Notes under the pieces: generated by a model
Databases searched by the model: none
What the model saw: only the letters and a program-made list of their open reading frames with translations
What the model was told of the DNA's origin: nothing
Position numbers and translations under genes: made by a program
In this document: positions 39,267 to 49,345 of the stretch, in pieces
How positions within the stretch are numbered: the first letter of the stretch is position 1
Layout: every line of letters starts with the position of its first letter
Assembly: GCA_965223325.1 (NCBI GenBank)
Contig: CBDCWI010000002.1
Span: forward strand, 2,880,001-2,944,000
Direction: 5' to 3'
Origin: Candidatus Multivoradales bacterium
GTDB taxonomy: Bacteria > Acidobacteriota > Thermoanaerobaculia > Multivoradales > Multivoraceae
Length of the DNA stretch: 64,000 nt

Positions 39267-41723
39267 ATGATCCGCGACCCTTCCCTCACCAGCTCCCTTC
39301 TGTTTCGAAGCGCCGGTCTGGCCTCGATCGTCTTCCTACTTGGCCAGACCGCTGGGGCCAGCCTCTCCGAGTACCAGGCGCTCGAGCGACAGAAGCTCGA
39401 CGGTCGCCAAGTGGCCGTCTCGGGCCTCACCATCGAGCGGGACGCCTTCGCGCTGCAACTCGACGGAACGGTCTACCTGTTCGAAGAAGTCATGGAGCAG
39501 ACGCCAGGTGGCGTCTTCGTCGGTCAGGGCAAATGGCTGCTCGAACCCGCCTCCGAGCGCGAACGGCACCACCTGGCAGTGATTCAGAGTGACCCTCAGC
39601 TCGAAGTGCTCCGCGACACCTTCGAAGTCGCCATTCTGCGCTACTGGGACGACACCACTGCCGAGATTCTCGCCGCCGGCGAGCTCTCGACCGGCGCCGT
39701 CGCGCCACAGGCGGCGAAGGCGGTCGACGCATGGCGCGACTCGAAGGCTCGCCTCGAGAAGAGTCTGAGCCTTCGCCTTCTCCGCGCGGCGACCAACGAC
39801 GAAGGCCTGGCGGGTAAGCCCTTCTTCGCGCTGGTCGAAGGAAAACGATGGGAAGAGACGCGGCTCGGCATCGATCCGGCCGGTCTCTTCGACGACGAGG
39901 AGGTCTATGTGACCTTCCAGGGCGAAAAGGGTGGCAGCTACGCGGAGCATCTCGAGAGCGAGGTCGAGTCCGGTGCTTACCTCTACGCCCACCCCAAGAC
40001 CCTGGTCGACGTGCAGCACCATGCCATCGACACTCACATCGTCAAGAACTCCGATCTCGAAGCCACGGCCGAAATCACCTTCTCGGTCCTAGCACCGGCT
40101 CTTCGCGTCATTCCCTTCTCCTTGACCCGCGGCTTCGAGATCGAGGAGGCTGTGCTCGTGACCGAAAGCGGCGAGACGGCGCTGGCTGTGATCTCGACCC
40201 TGGACGAAGACGGCGACCGCGACTCTTCGACCTCCGCGCTCGTTCTCACCGACCCTCTCGAGCGCAACGACAAAGCGACGGTTCGCATCAAGTACCACGG
40301 TGGTGACGGTGTGCTCAGAGACGAGGGCGTCGGCGTCTACGCCGTCGGCGCTCGCTCGCAGTGGTACCCGAAGTTCGGCGATTTCTCAGACCCGGCGACC
40401 TACAACCTCTCCTTCACGACGCCCAAACGCTCGACCGTCGTGGCGGTCGGCAAAGAGGTCGAGTCGCGTGAAACTCCCGACGGTCAGTTCACGCGCTGGG
40501 AATCCACGCACCCGATTCGGGTCGCAGGGTTCAACTATGGCCGCTTCACCCGCTACGACGAACACGAGAAGAACACCGGCACCGACATCGAAGTCTGGGC
40601 GACTGCTGGGACACCTGACTTCATCAAAGAACTCAACATGATCATGGAGTCTTCGAGCGGTGCGGTCGGCTATCGGCGAGAGGCCTCTTTTGGTGTGTCG
40701 CCCGACTCGCTGGCCCGCCAGGCTCTGGCCGATGGGGTCAACACCGTGCAGCTTCTCACTGCCTACTTCGGCAAGCTCCCGTTCGATCGACTGGCGCTGA
40801 CCCAGCAGGTCGAATGGAACTTCGGCCAAGCCTGGCCGACCCTCGTCTACCTGCCCTACCTCGCGGCGATGAGTTCCGCGAGCGGCCAGGCGATCGGCCT
40901 GGAGGGCTACGGCGGGTGGGCCGACGAGGTCACCTACCACGAGATCGCGCACCAGTGGTGGGGCCACAAGATCGGTTGGGCCACCTACCGCGACCAATGG
41001 CTCTCCGAGGGCTTCGCCGAGTTCTCGACTTCCTTGATGGTCGAAGCGGTCGAAGGCGCGCAGGCCTACGACGACTTCTGGGAGCAGCGCCGCCTCGAGA
41101 TCATGCGCAAAGACCCGAGCGACGACATCTCGAACGCTGAGTCCGGGCCGATCACCCTCGGCTATCGCAACAGCAGTTGGCGAAACCAGGGCGGCTACCG
41201 CGCCATCGCCTACGCCAAAGGCGGCTACGTCCTCCACATGCTGCGCATGGCGATGCGCGACCGGTCAGAGAGCAACCCCGACGCGCGCTTCTTCAGCATG
41301 ATGCGCGAGTTTGCCGACTCATACGCCGGCCAGGCGCCCAGCACCGCCGACTTCAAGCGCATGGTCGAAAAGCACATCGTGCCGGAGCTCGACTTCGACA
41401 GAAACGGCAAGCTCGACTGGTTCTTCGACCAGTGGGTCCATGGAACCGAGATCCCCGACTACGACCTCGACATCGAGATGAAAAAGTCGGGCTCCAAATG
41501 GCAGGTTCAGGGCACCGTGACGCAAAAGGGTGTTGGCCCTGACTTCGTCGCCCTGGTTCCGGTCTACCTCGACCTGGGCAAAGGCCAGTACATGCAGCTC
41601 GGGCGTGCTCCCTTCAAGGGCGAGATGACGCAGAACTTGAACGTCACCGTCGAGCCACCGCGCAAGCCCAAGCGAGCGCTGGTCAACGCGCAGCACGAGG
41701 TACTGTCGCAAAGAAAGCCGTAG
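39267..41723 (+). CDS. Secreted M1 family aminopeptidase
   Basis: HEIAHQWWG...WLSEGFAEF, YAKGGYVLHML, WFFDQWV; GGAG RBS. Confidence 0.92.
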   Translation: MIRDPSLTSSLLFRSAGLASIVFLLGQTAGASLSEYQALERQKLDGRQVAVSGLTIERDAFALQLDGTVYLFEEVMEQTPGGVFVGQGKWLLEPASERERHHLAVIQSDPQLEVLRDTFEVAILRYWDDTTAEILAAGELSTGAVAPQAAKAVDAWRDSKARLEKSLSLRLLRAATNDEGLAGKPFFALVEGKRWEETRLGIDPAGLFDDEEVYVTFQGEKGGSYAEHLESEVESGAYLYAHPKTLVDVQHHAIDTHIVKNSDLEATAEITFSVLAPALRVIPFSLTRGFEIEEAVLVTESGETALAVISTLDEDGDRDSSTSALVLTDPLERNDKATVRIKYHGGDGVLRDEGVGVYAVGARSQWYPKFGDFSDPATYNLSFTTPKRSTVVAVGKEVESRETPDGQFTRWESTHPIRVAGFNYGRFTRYDEHEKNTGTDIEVWATAGTPDFIKELNMIMESSSGAVGYRREASFGVSPDSLARQALADGVNTVQLLTAYFGKLPFDRLALTQQVEWNFGQAWPTLVYLPYLAAMSSASGQAIGLEGYGGWADEVTYHEIAHQWWGHKIGWATYRDQWLSEGFAEFSTSLMVEAVEGAQAYDDFWEQRRLEIMRKDPSDDISNAESGPITLGYRNSSWRNQGGYRAIAYAKGGYVLHMLRMAMRDRSESNPDARFFSMMREFADSYAGQAPSTADFKRMVEKHIVPELDFDRNGKLDWFFDQWVHGTEIPDYDLDIEMKKSGSKWQVQGTVTQKGVGPDFVALVPVYLDLGKGQYMQLGRAPFKGEMTQNLNVTVEPPRKPKRALVNAQHEVLSQRKP

Positions 41724-41734
41724 CCGCTCGGTTG

Positions 41735-44191
41735 CTACGGTAGGGTGACCGCCAACGCCGTCAGGTCGTCGTCGCGGTGGTAGGTCGCCGGATCGGGCAC
41801 CCTGCCTGCGCCAACGAAAATGTCCAGGTCTTCGAGCACGCCGTTGAGTAGGCCGCTGGCGCCACGGTGCGCATGACGCACCAGGCTCTCCTCGAGCCGA
41901 TCGAAACCAAACATTTCGTCTGTTCCCAGGCGGCGAGCTTCCACCAGGCCATCGCTCGACAGGAACAACGTCTCGCGTGCCTCGAGGCTCGCCGAGCGCT
42001 GCTCCACGAGCAGGCTCTCGCGCACACCGAGGGGATAGGCGACCGACTCGAGGGCGCGGATGTCGCCATCTTCATTGACCCGATACGGAAAGAGGTGTCC
42101 GGCGCTGGCGTATTCGACGCTGCCAGACTTCGGGTCGATAACCATGTAACAGAGGGTCGTCAGCAGACGCCGACGCGCGCTCTGATAGACGACGCGGTTG
42201 AGCGCCGTCATCACGTCGCGAACCTCGGGCCGAAAGGTCACCTGGACGGCGAGTGCTGAGCGCGCCATCGACATGATGAGCCCCGAAGACACGCCATGGC
42301 CCGCAACGTCACCAATGGCAACCGCCAGACGCCCGTCGTCGAGTGCCATCACGTCGTAGAAGTCGCCGCCCACTTCAGAGGCTGGAAGGTATCGGTGCGC
42401 GAGCTCGCAGCCATGAAGCTGCTCGGGCAGATCGGGAAGAATCGACGCCTGGATGTTGCGCGCCGTTTCGAGCTCGACCCGTTGCCGCTCGCGCTCGGCA
42501 ATGCGACGCACGTGCGGCGGCACGTCTTCGAACTGATATGCGTGCACCCGCTTGCTGGTGACGAAGCGCAACGACAGGAACATCGGGAGCGCCGCTAGGC
42601 CAACCGCCAGCCAGCCCTGGAACTGGAGCCCCGGATCGGCGGCCTGCATCAAGGGCAGCGCCTGAATGAGAACCGCCGCCACCAACTGGGCGAGTAGCGC
42701 CGTCAAGAGGTCATAGCGCAGGTACAAGAACACCGTCGCCGCCGCCGCGCCGACCCACAGCGGCAGACCGAAGGGAATCGGCAAAGCGACAAGCGGCGGG
42801 AAAAAGGCAATACCAGTCACCAGAGCAACGGCCGCTCCCGCTGCCCAGGGTCCAAAGCGCTCGACCAACGGAGGCAAGAGCAGGACCGTCGTGAACAGAC
42901 CGTAGGCGAGCGTGTAGGTCAGCTTCAAGAGCAGGACAGCGAGACCCGGAAAGGCCGCATGCTGCCACTGGGCGATCTGCCACGAGCCCAGAGTGACACC
43001 ACCGAACTCCTGCAGACCACCGGCGAAGGCCAGCGACGCCAGAGTGAGTGCGAGCCCTGCCACTACTCCACGCAGCGACGCCGAGGCGACCGTGTCGTTG
43101 GCGAAGTTTCCGCTGGCCAGGCCATCGAACGACGCCAGCTTCCTGCGCCACATGCCCTTGCTCCACGACTCACCCACCGACCAGGCCATGAAGGCGAGAG
43201 CCGCCAGGGCTGGCAAGTAGATGGCGATCTGAACTGCGCCCCAGAAGAACGTCACCTGCTCTCGGTTGAGGTTGCCAAAGGCAGAACCTTCAGCGGTCGC
43301 CCGCACCGTCATCAGCTGGACGAGAGTGAAGGCTACAAAAACCAGAATGAAGATGTGCACGCCGCGTCTAACGCCCACCACGCCTCGGTGGTAGCGGCGC
43401 ACAAACAGAATCGCCAGGGGCGGAAGCAGAACGAAGGGCACCAAGACCCACGCCGTCTGCAAGAGGCTGGCGGTGCGTAGAACAGCGTCGATGTCGCGGG
43501 CTGCCGGGTCTTCGGTCCAGGTCCTGAAGCCGGTCAGCTCATCGCCGGCAAAGCGCACCTCGAGGCCATAGCTGAGATCGGCGTCGAGCAGCCGCTCCTT
43601 GTCGCGGTAGCGCAGGTACAGGTCGCGCCGCTGCGGCCGATCGACGGTTCGAACCACCGGTGACTCGTAGTCGGCCAGGTCAACTCCCGCCGTCATCAGA
43701 AACAAGCGCGCCTTCTCCTCGGCAGTTTCGGCACTCAGCTCGCCGGTGTTGGCGTAGTCGTTGGGCACACCCTGCTGGAGGCCGAGCACAGTACCGTCGC
43801 TGCCCAAGACGACCTGGTACGACCACTCCTGGTTATCGGCGTCGTCTCGGTAGACACGCACGACCCAACCGTGCGCATAGGAGCGCAACCGCGAACGCAG
43901 AAAGACCTCTCGCTCGGGTGCCGAGCGCAAAAAGCGGGTCTCGAGCGGATCGGACGAGAAGTTGGTCGTCACCACGTAGGCGCTGGGGATCGGCTGACCG
44001 AAGTCACGCAGGCGCTCGAGAGCGACCTCCTGCGCCTCGTTCTGGTCGTACTCCCAGTCGGGTCCAACCGAGTACGGAAAGACCCTCGGGTGGAGAATCC
44101 ACACCAGGAGCGCGCAGGTAACCCCCACCACCAGAAGGCCTAGCGCTCCCAGGCGGCCGAGGAGTTGGTGTTCGTTCGAGGTAGCTGGCAT
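41735..44191 (-). CDS. Multi-TM SpoIIE/PP2C-type protein phosphatase
   Basis: ARNIQASILP, VGGDFYD, GDVAGHG, SAGH, SDGLVE, DDLT. Confidence 0.92.
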   Translation of the reverse strand: MPATSNEHQLLGRLGALGLLVVGVTCALLVWILHPRVFPYSVGPDWEYDQNEAQEVALERLRDFGQPIPSAYVVTTNFSSDPLETRFLRSAPEREVFLRSRLRSYAHGWVVRVYRDDADNQEWSYQVVLGSDGTVLGLQQGVPNDYANTGELSAETAEEKARLFLMTAGVDLADYESPVVRTVDRPQRRDLYLRYRDKERLLDADLSYGLEVRFAGDELTGFRTWTEDPAARDIDAVLRTASLLQTAWVLVPFVLLPPLAILFVRRYHRGVVGVRRGVHIFILVFVAFTLVQLMTVRATAEGSAFGNLNREQVTFFWGAVQIAIYLPALAALAFMAWSVGESWSKGMWRRKLASFDGLASGNFANDTVASASLRGVVAGLALTLASLAFAGGLQEFGGVTLGSWQIAQWQHAAFPGLAVLLLKLTYTLAYGLFTTVLLLPPLVERFGPWAAGAAVALVTGIAFFPPLVALPIPFGLPLWVGAAAATVFLYLRYDLLTALLAQLVAAVLIQALPLMQAADPGLQFQGWLAVGLAALPMFLSLRFVTSKRVHAYQFEDVPPHVRRIAERERQRVELETARNIQASILPDLPEQLHGCELAHRYLPASEVGGDFYDVMALDDGRLAVAIGDVAGHGVSSGLIMSMARSALAVQVTFRPEVRDVMTALNRVVYQSARRRLLTTLCYMVIDPKSGSVEYASAGHLFPYRVNEDGDIRALESVAYPLGVRESLLVEQRSASLEARETLFLSSDGLVEARRLGTDEMFGFDRLEESLVRHAHRGASGLLNGVLEDLDIFVGAGRVPDPATYHRDDDLTALAVTLP

Positions 44192-44288
44192 GGCGCGCGG
44201 AAGAACCGAAAGTGAGCCTGGGAGGGGCTGTTCGGCCCCTCTACTTACGAAGCGGAACGGCCCCGGGTTCCAGGCGAATGGCCGCCGC

Positions 44289-45536
44289 TCAGGTCAGGTT
44301 CGAGATCAAGGCATCGCCGTACTCAGACGTCTTGAGCAGCTTTGCGCCGTCCATCTGACGCTCGAGGTCATAGGTCACGCGCTTCTGGTTGATTGTTTCG
44401 CTGATCGCCTTCTCGATGCTATCGGCGGCTTCCGTCCAGCCGAGCCAGCGGAACATCATGACGCCCGAGAGGATCACCGAGCTTGGGTTGACCTTGTCCT
44501 GGCCGGCATACTTCGGCGCCGTGCCGTGAGTAGCCTCGAACAGCGCCACCCCGTCGCCCTCATTCGAGCCGGGAGCCAGGCCCAGGCCACCGACCTGTGC
44601 GGCCAGCGCATCCGAAAGATAGTCGCCGTTGAGATTGGTAGTTGCAACCACCTCGTACTCGTCCGGGCGCAAGAGAACCTGCTGGAACATCGCATCGGCA
44701 ATGCGGTCCTTGATCAGGATCTTGCCGTCGGGCAGTTTGCCATTGTGGTTGTCCCACATGTCGTCTTCAGAGATGGTCACGTCGCCATACTCATCCTTTG
44801 CAAGTTCGTAGCCCCAATCGCGGAAGGCACCCTCGGTGAACTTCATGATGTTGCCTTTGTGCACCAGGGTCACACTCTTGCGGCCGTTGGCAATCGCATA
44901 CTCGATGGCCTTCTTGACCAGACGTTTCGAGCCGGTGATCGACACCGGCTTGATGCCAACACCAGAGTCCTCGCGCACCGCCTTGCCCATTGGGCCATTG
45001 AGAAAGTCGATGACCTTCTTGGCTTCGGCGCCGTTGGCTTCCCACTCGATTCCTGAGTACACGTCTTCGGTGTTCTCACGGAAGAGCACCATGTCGACCT
45101 TCTCGGGTGCCTTGACCGGCGAGGGCACACCGTCGTACCACTTGACCGGGCGCACGCAGGCGTAGAGATCGAGAATCTGCCGCAGCGACACGTTGAGGCT
45201 GCGAATGCCGCCGCCGACCGGAGTCGTCAGCGGTCCCTTGATTGCACAGCGATAGTGCTGAATGGCTTCGGGAGTCTGACCCGGCAGCCACTCGCCGGTC
45301 CCGGCGTGCGCCTTCTCACCCGCCAGGATCTCCAGCCAGGCAATCTTCTTCGAGCCGCCGTAGCTCTTCTCGACCGCCGCATCGAAGACCCGCACCGAAG
45401 CCGCCCAGATGTCGGGGCCGATGCCGTCACCCTCGATGAACGGAATGATGGGGTGATCCGGTACCTGGATCTGGCCGTTTTCGAAGCCGATTTCCTGCCC
45501 GTCGGCAGGCGGAGTGAGGTCATAGGACGCAGCCAT
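44289..45536 (-). CDS. icd: NADP-dependent isocitrate dehydrogenase
   Basis: [62 protein letters not shown]; AAGGAG RBS. Confidence 0.98.
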   Translation of the reverse strand: MAASYDLTPPADGQEIGFENGQIQVPDHPIIPFIEGDGIGPDIWAASVRVFDAAVEKSYGGSKKIAWLEILAGEKAHAGTGEWLPGQTPEAIQHYRCAIKGPLTTPVGGGIRSLNVSLRQILDLYACVRPVKWYDGVPSPVKAPEKVDMVLFRENTEDVYSGIEWEANGAEAKKVIDFLNGPMGKAVREDSGVGIKPVSITGSKRLVKKAIEYAIANGRKSVTLVHKGNIMKFTEGAFRDWGYELAKDEYGDVTISEDDMWDNHNGKLPDGKILIKDRIADAMFQQVLLRPDEYEVVATTNLNGDYLSDALAAQVGGLGLAPGSNEGDGVALFEATHGTAPKYAGQDKVNPSSVILSGVMMFRWLGWTEAADSIEKAISETINQKRVTYDLERQMDGAKLLKTSEYGDALISNLT

Positions 45537-45790
45537 GGCGCGTTCTCCTTTCGAGGGGCTCCTGCGGCCCCCAGGATCTGATGAGCGGGTTCCCCGCGCG
45601 CTGGTATGAAGGCCGCAAACGGTGCGACGGTCGCCCCTTTTGCCAGTGGTGGCGCGAGGACCTGTTCCGTTCGAAGGACGGTCCGAAGAGGTGGCGCGGA
45701 TAGAGACTCGAAGATACCACGCCGGCCAACCCACGATCGCAAACGGAAAGGCCGCGCGGGCTACGCTCAGAAGGACCCTTCGGGGCTTGA

Positions 45791-45810
45791 AACCCGCCGC
45801 GCCGCGGGTT
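45791..45810 (-). terminator. Possible terminator hairpin after the radical SAM gene
   Basis: AACCCGC-6 nt-GCGGGTT stem with only a short U tail. Confidence 0.3.
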
Positions 45811-45855
45811 CCCTCGCCGTGGCCGGAGGTGATCTCAGCCCGGACGCGACTCGCT

Positions 45856-47049
45856 CTATCCGGCGTCGCGACCTAGCTGAACCAGGCCCTCAGGAGACGT
45901 GGGCGCCGGCGCCGCGGGACCTTCGGTTGATCCCGCCTCTGGAGGTTCAACCGGAGTCGCACGACGGCGGCGCAGGTTCCAGTAGAACGCTTCACGACGC
46001 TGGCTGCAGGTCTGGCAGCTGCCCACCGGCCTGCCAGACGCCAATCCGCCTTTGATCTCGGCGAGCAGACCGGACCTGGCCAGCGACGCGTAGTCGGTGC
46101 CGGGGAACGCGCCCACCGGTTCTTGACCCCAGAACTGGCAAGGGGCGACGACACCATTGGGGCGCACGACATAGATGTACGATGGCCAGGCGCAGCCCTG
46201 CAGTCGCTCGATGTGACGGTAACGGGCGTACTCGAAGCGTTCGAGGCCGACCTTCCAGCGCCACAAGGAGCGCTTGATGCGGCCAAAGCGCGAGCGCGGC
46301 ATCTCAGAATCCGCTTCGTAGCTGGGGAACTGACCGAGTCGCAGGCCACGACGCGCTGCGTCCTCGGCGCACTGGCGCAACTCGCTCTGCAGAACCGCAG
46401 GGTCTTCACAATCGAGCAGCTCGGGTGTTGTGTCGACTCCTGGTGTCGGCACGACGAAGCGCACGTCGAGCTCGGAAAAGCCCCATTTCTCCGCGAATGC
46501 CGGGAGAAGTGCCAGTTCGTCACGGTTGGTCTTCATCCAGGTGAAGGTCAAGCGCAGTTCGGTACGCGTCCCTTTGCGCACGCTGTTGAAGAGTTCGAGG
46601 CACTTCAAGAGGCGCTCGAACTTGCCACCGACCCGAATGCTCTCGTAGACCGCCGGGGTGACGCCGTCCATCGAGACGCCCACCCGCGCGATACCGGCAT
46701 CGCAGATCGCCTCGGCCTTCTTCTCGGTGAGTGCCAGCAAGTTGGTCGGGAACCAGGCATCAGGCACCTTGTAGCGCCCCGTGATCTCGACCATGTCGAT
46801 GAAGTTGGGGTGAATGAGCGGCTCGGCAGCACACGCGAGCACCACCCGCCAGGCGCGCGGAAAGAGTTCGGCCGCAACCTCCCGGAACACCTCAAGCGGC
46901 ATCATGCCGCGCGGGTCGAGCTCGCGGTCGAAGGGCTCGAAGCGAATGCGCTCGTGGGCGCTGAAGTGGCACATGCGGCACTTCAAGTTGCACTTCTCGG
47001 TCATGTCCATGATGACCAGAAGTGGGCGCCGGAGCGCATGGGTCGACAT
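45856..47049 (-). CDS. Radical SAM protein with SPASM/twitch-like C-terminus
   Basis: CNLKCRMC; C-terminal CAWP..V.PNG.V.PC...C..C. Confidence 0.9.
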   Translation of the reverse strand: MSTHALRRPLLVIMDMTEKCNLKCRMCHFSAHERIRFEPFDRELDPRGMMPLEVFREVAAELFPRAWRVVLACAAEPLIHPNFIDMVEITGRYKVPDAWFPTNLLALTEKKAEAICDAGIARVGVSMDGVTPAVYESIRVGGKFERLLKCLELFNSVRKGTRTELRLTFTWMKTNRDELALLPAFAEKWGFSELDVRFVVPTPGVDTTPELLDCEDPAVLQSELRQCAEDAARRGLRLGQFPSYEADSEMPRSRFGRIKRSLWRWKVGLERFEYARYRHIERLQGCAWPSYIYVVRPNGVVAPCQFWGQEPVGAFPGTDYASLARSGLLAEIKGGLASGRPVGSCQTCSQRREAFYWNLRRRRATPVEPPEAGSTEGPAAPAPTSPEGLVQLGRDAG

Positions 47050-47179
47050 GGCTGGATCCTACAACCATGATTCGCCGCACGCTGTTGCACGGTGTCGTTG
47101 CGCGGGGTCATTTCGCACTGTCGCCGCGCCGGGGTGTGGCGGAGTGGACGGTGCCGCCTGGTCTGTAGGATTGCTTGCC

Positions 47180-47932
47180 ATGTGCGGCCGCTACACACTC
47201 ACCAAGCCAGGCGACGCACTGACTGGCATGGGCGAGATCGATACCACCCTGGCCGAAGACTTCGACGCCTCGGGACCCCGCGAGCGGGTCCTCGAAGCGC
47301 GCTGGAACATCGCCCCGACGCAGAGCGTCCTGGTGCTCCGCCCGCAGCGCCAGGAGCCCACCGCGCTCGAAGCCATGGCGATGCGCTGGGGGCTCATCCC
47401 GCACTGGGCCAAGAAGATCGGCAAGCCGCTGATCAATGCCCGCTCTGAAACGGTGGCCACCACCGCCTCGTTTCGCGACAGCTACAAGAAGCGCCGCTGC
47501 CTGGTGGCGGCCGACGGCTTCTACGAGTGGGGACCGAGTGACCTGGGTCGCCAGCCGCACTACTTCCGCAAGAGCGGCGGCCCTCCGTTCTGGTTCGCCG
47601 GAATCTGGTCGATCTGGTCGCCACCGGAGAGCCAATTGACCGAGGGAATCGGACCCCAAAAGGTGCGCTCCTGTGCGGTGTTGACCACCGAAGCGAACGC
47701 CGTTCTTGAGGGTGTGCACGACCGGATGCCAGTGATTCTCGGCAACGACCAGGCACGCCGTTGGATCGAAGCCGACACCGGGGCGGACGAGCTCGCCGCG
47801 CTCTGCCGTCCACTCGACCCCGCTGCGATGGAGGTCTGGCCGGTTGGCCGAGCGGTCAACAAAGTCGCCAACGAAGGCGCGGCCCTACTCGATCCGGCTG
47901 AGCCCGAAAGCGAGAACCTGACGCTCTTCTAG
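47180..47932 (+). CDS. SOS response-associated peptidase (SRAP/YedK/HMCES family)
   Basis: N-terminal MCGRY, WNIAPTQ, WGLIPHW, INARSET, RCLV.ADGFYEW, HDRMPVIL. Confidence 0.95.
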   Translation: MCGRYTLTKPGDALTGMGEIDTTLAEDFDASGPRERVLEARWNIAPTQSVLVLRPQRQEPTALEAMAMRWGLIPHWAKKIGKPLINARSETVATTASFRDSYKKRRCLVAADGFYEWGPSDLGRQPHYFRKSGGPPFWFAGIWSIWSPPESQLTEGIGPQKVRSCAVLTTEANAVLEGVHDRMPVILGNDQARRWIEADTGADELAALCRPLDPAAMEVWPVGRAVNKVANEGAALLDPAEPESENLTLF

Positions 47933-48061
47933 CAACTGGTACCTATGGGCGCGCGGGCACCGGCGTCGAACAGATAGGCTCGGCGCTCACGAGTCCAAGA
48001 AACCCGGCCGACCGGCTCCTCAGGTTGTTCGGCAACCCGACCGCAGAAGGGCCCTCTCCCA

Positions 48062-49345
48062 ATGAAGCACGTGACCTCACGCAATCCTCTGCTCTTCCTA
48101 CCCCTCTGCGCACTGCTACAGGCGCATGTGCCTGCGCCCGGTCTTGCCGACGAATGGCCACAGTGGCGCGGCCCCGACCGCACCGGTGTCTCACAGGAGA
48201 CCGGCCTGGCCGACGCCTGGCCAGCGGACGGACCGCAAGAGGTCTGGCGGGTTGACTTTCTGGGAGAAGGCTACGGCGCCGTCGCAGTCACTGGCGATCG
48301 CCTCTTCGTCCAGGGCACCCGCGACGGCGAGAGCATCGTGTTCGCGCTCGACAAGCAGAACGGCAAGGAGATCTGGAGCCACTCGCTCGGACCACGCCTC
48401 ATTCAAGACAAGGGCAACGGGCCACGCTCGACACCAACGGTGAAGGGCGACACCGTCTACGTCGTCAACGGCCAGGGCCAGGTCGCTGCCCTGGCGGGTG
48501 AAGACGGATCCTTGCGCTGGCAGGTCGACATGCTCGAACGCTTCGGAGCCAGTAACCCACGCTGGGGCATCAGTGAATCGCCGCTGGTCGAAGACGACGC
48601 GATCTACGTCATGCCGGGCGGCACGAAGGCCACCGTTGCGGCGCTCGATCCACGGACCGGCGAGACCATCTGGACCTCGAGCGGTTTGACTGACCGTGCC
48701 TCGTACTCGTCGTTGGTCCCGATGCGGGTCGGCAACATCGACGCGCTCGTCGGCTTTACCCAGTCGGCCGGAATCGGCCTGAAGAAGAGCGACGGTTCGC
48801 TCCTATGGCGCTATGAAGCGCCTGCCAACCGTACGGCCAACGCCGCGACCCCGGTGATCGGTCGCGACCTGGTCTTCTACAGCTCCGCCTACGGCACCGG
48901 CGGCGGCGCTCTGCGATTGATGGCAACAGCCAACGGCATCGAAACCGAAGAAGCATGGTTCGAAGCCAGGCTGCAGAACCATCACGGCGGCGTCGTGCTC
49001 TACGACGACCACCTCTACGGCTTCTTCGGGCCAGCTCTCGGTTGCATCGAGCTCGAGACCGGCGAGACCAAGTGGCGCGCCCGCAGCGTCGGCAAAGGGT
49101 CTTTGACCATCGCCGACGGCAAGCTCTTCCTGCTCAGCGAGCGCCGGGGAGTGGCGCTGGCCGAAGCAACACCTGATGGCTATCGCGAACGCGGTCGGTT
49201 CGAAATCGAAGACCGCGGTCAACCCACCTGGGCCTACCCGGTCGTCAGCGGCGGCCGTCTCTACATCCGTAACCAGAACCTGCTGCGGGTCTTCGACGTG
49301 GCAGCGGGAGGAGCACAGCCGACATCGGGCGGGGCCGGTCGATGA
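48062..49345 (+). CDS. PQQ-binding-like beta-propeller protein (BamB-like)
   Basis: Signal peptide, EWPQWRGP.RTG, repeated ALD..GK.IW, STP, SPLV motifs. Confidence 0.9.
   Translation: MKHVTSRNPLLFLPLCALLQAHVPAPGLADEWPQWRGPDRTGVSQETGLADAWPADGPQEVWRVDFLGEGYGAVAVTGDRLFVQGTRDGESIVFALDKQNGKEIWSHSLGPRLIQDKGNGPRSTPTVKGDTVYVVNGQGQVAALAGEDGSLRWQVDMLERFGASNPRWGISESPLVEDDAIYVMPGGTKATVAALDPRTGETIWTSSGLTDRASYSSLVPMRVGNIDALVGFTQSAGIGLKKSDGSLLWRYEAPANRTANAATPVIGRDLVFYSSAYGTGGGALRLMATANGIETEEAWFEARLQNHHGGVVLYDDHLYGFFGPALGCIELETGETKWRARSVGKGSLTIADGKLFLLSERRGVALAEATPDGYRERGRFEIEDRGQPTWAYPVVSGGRLYIRNQNLLRVFDVAAGGAQPTSGGAGR

Noticed and set aside
45578-45605. CTGATGA followed by a GCGGG/CCCGC stem, resembling a hammerhead ribozyme core
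   Set aside because: The required GAAA after stem II is absent (the sequence reads GCGC), and I see no flanking stems I and III.
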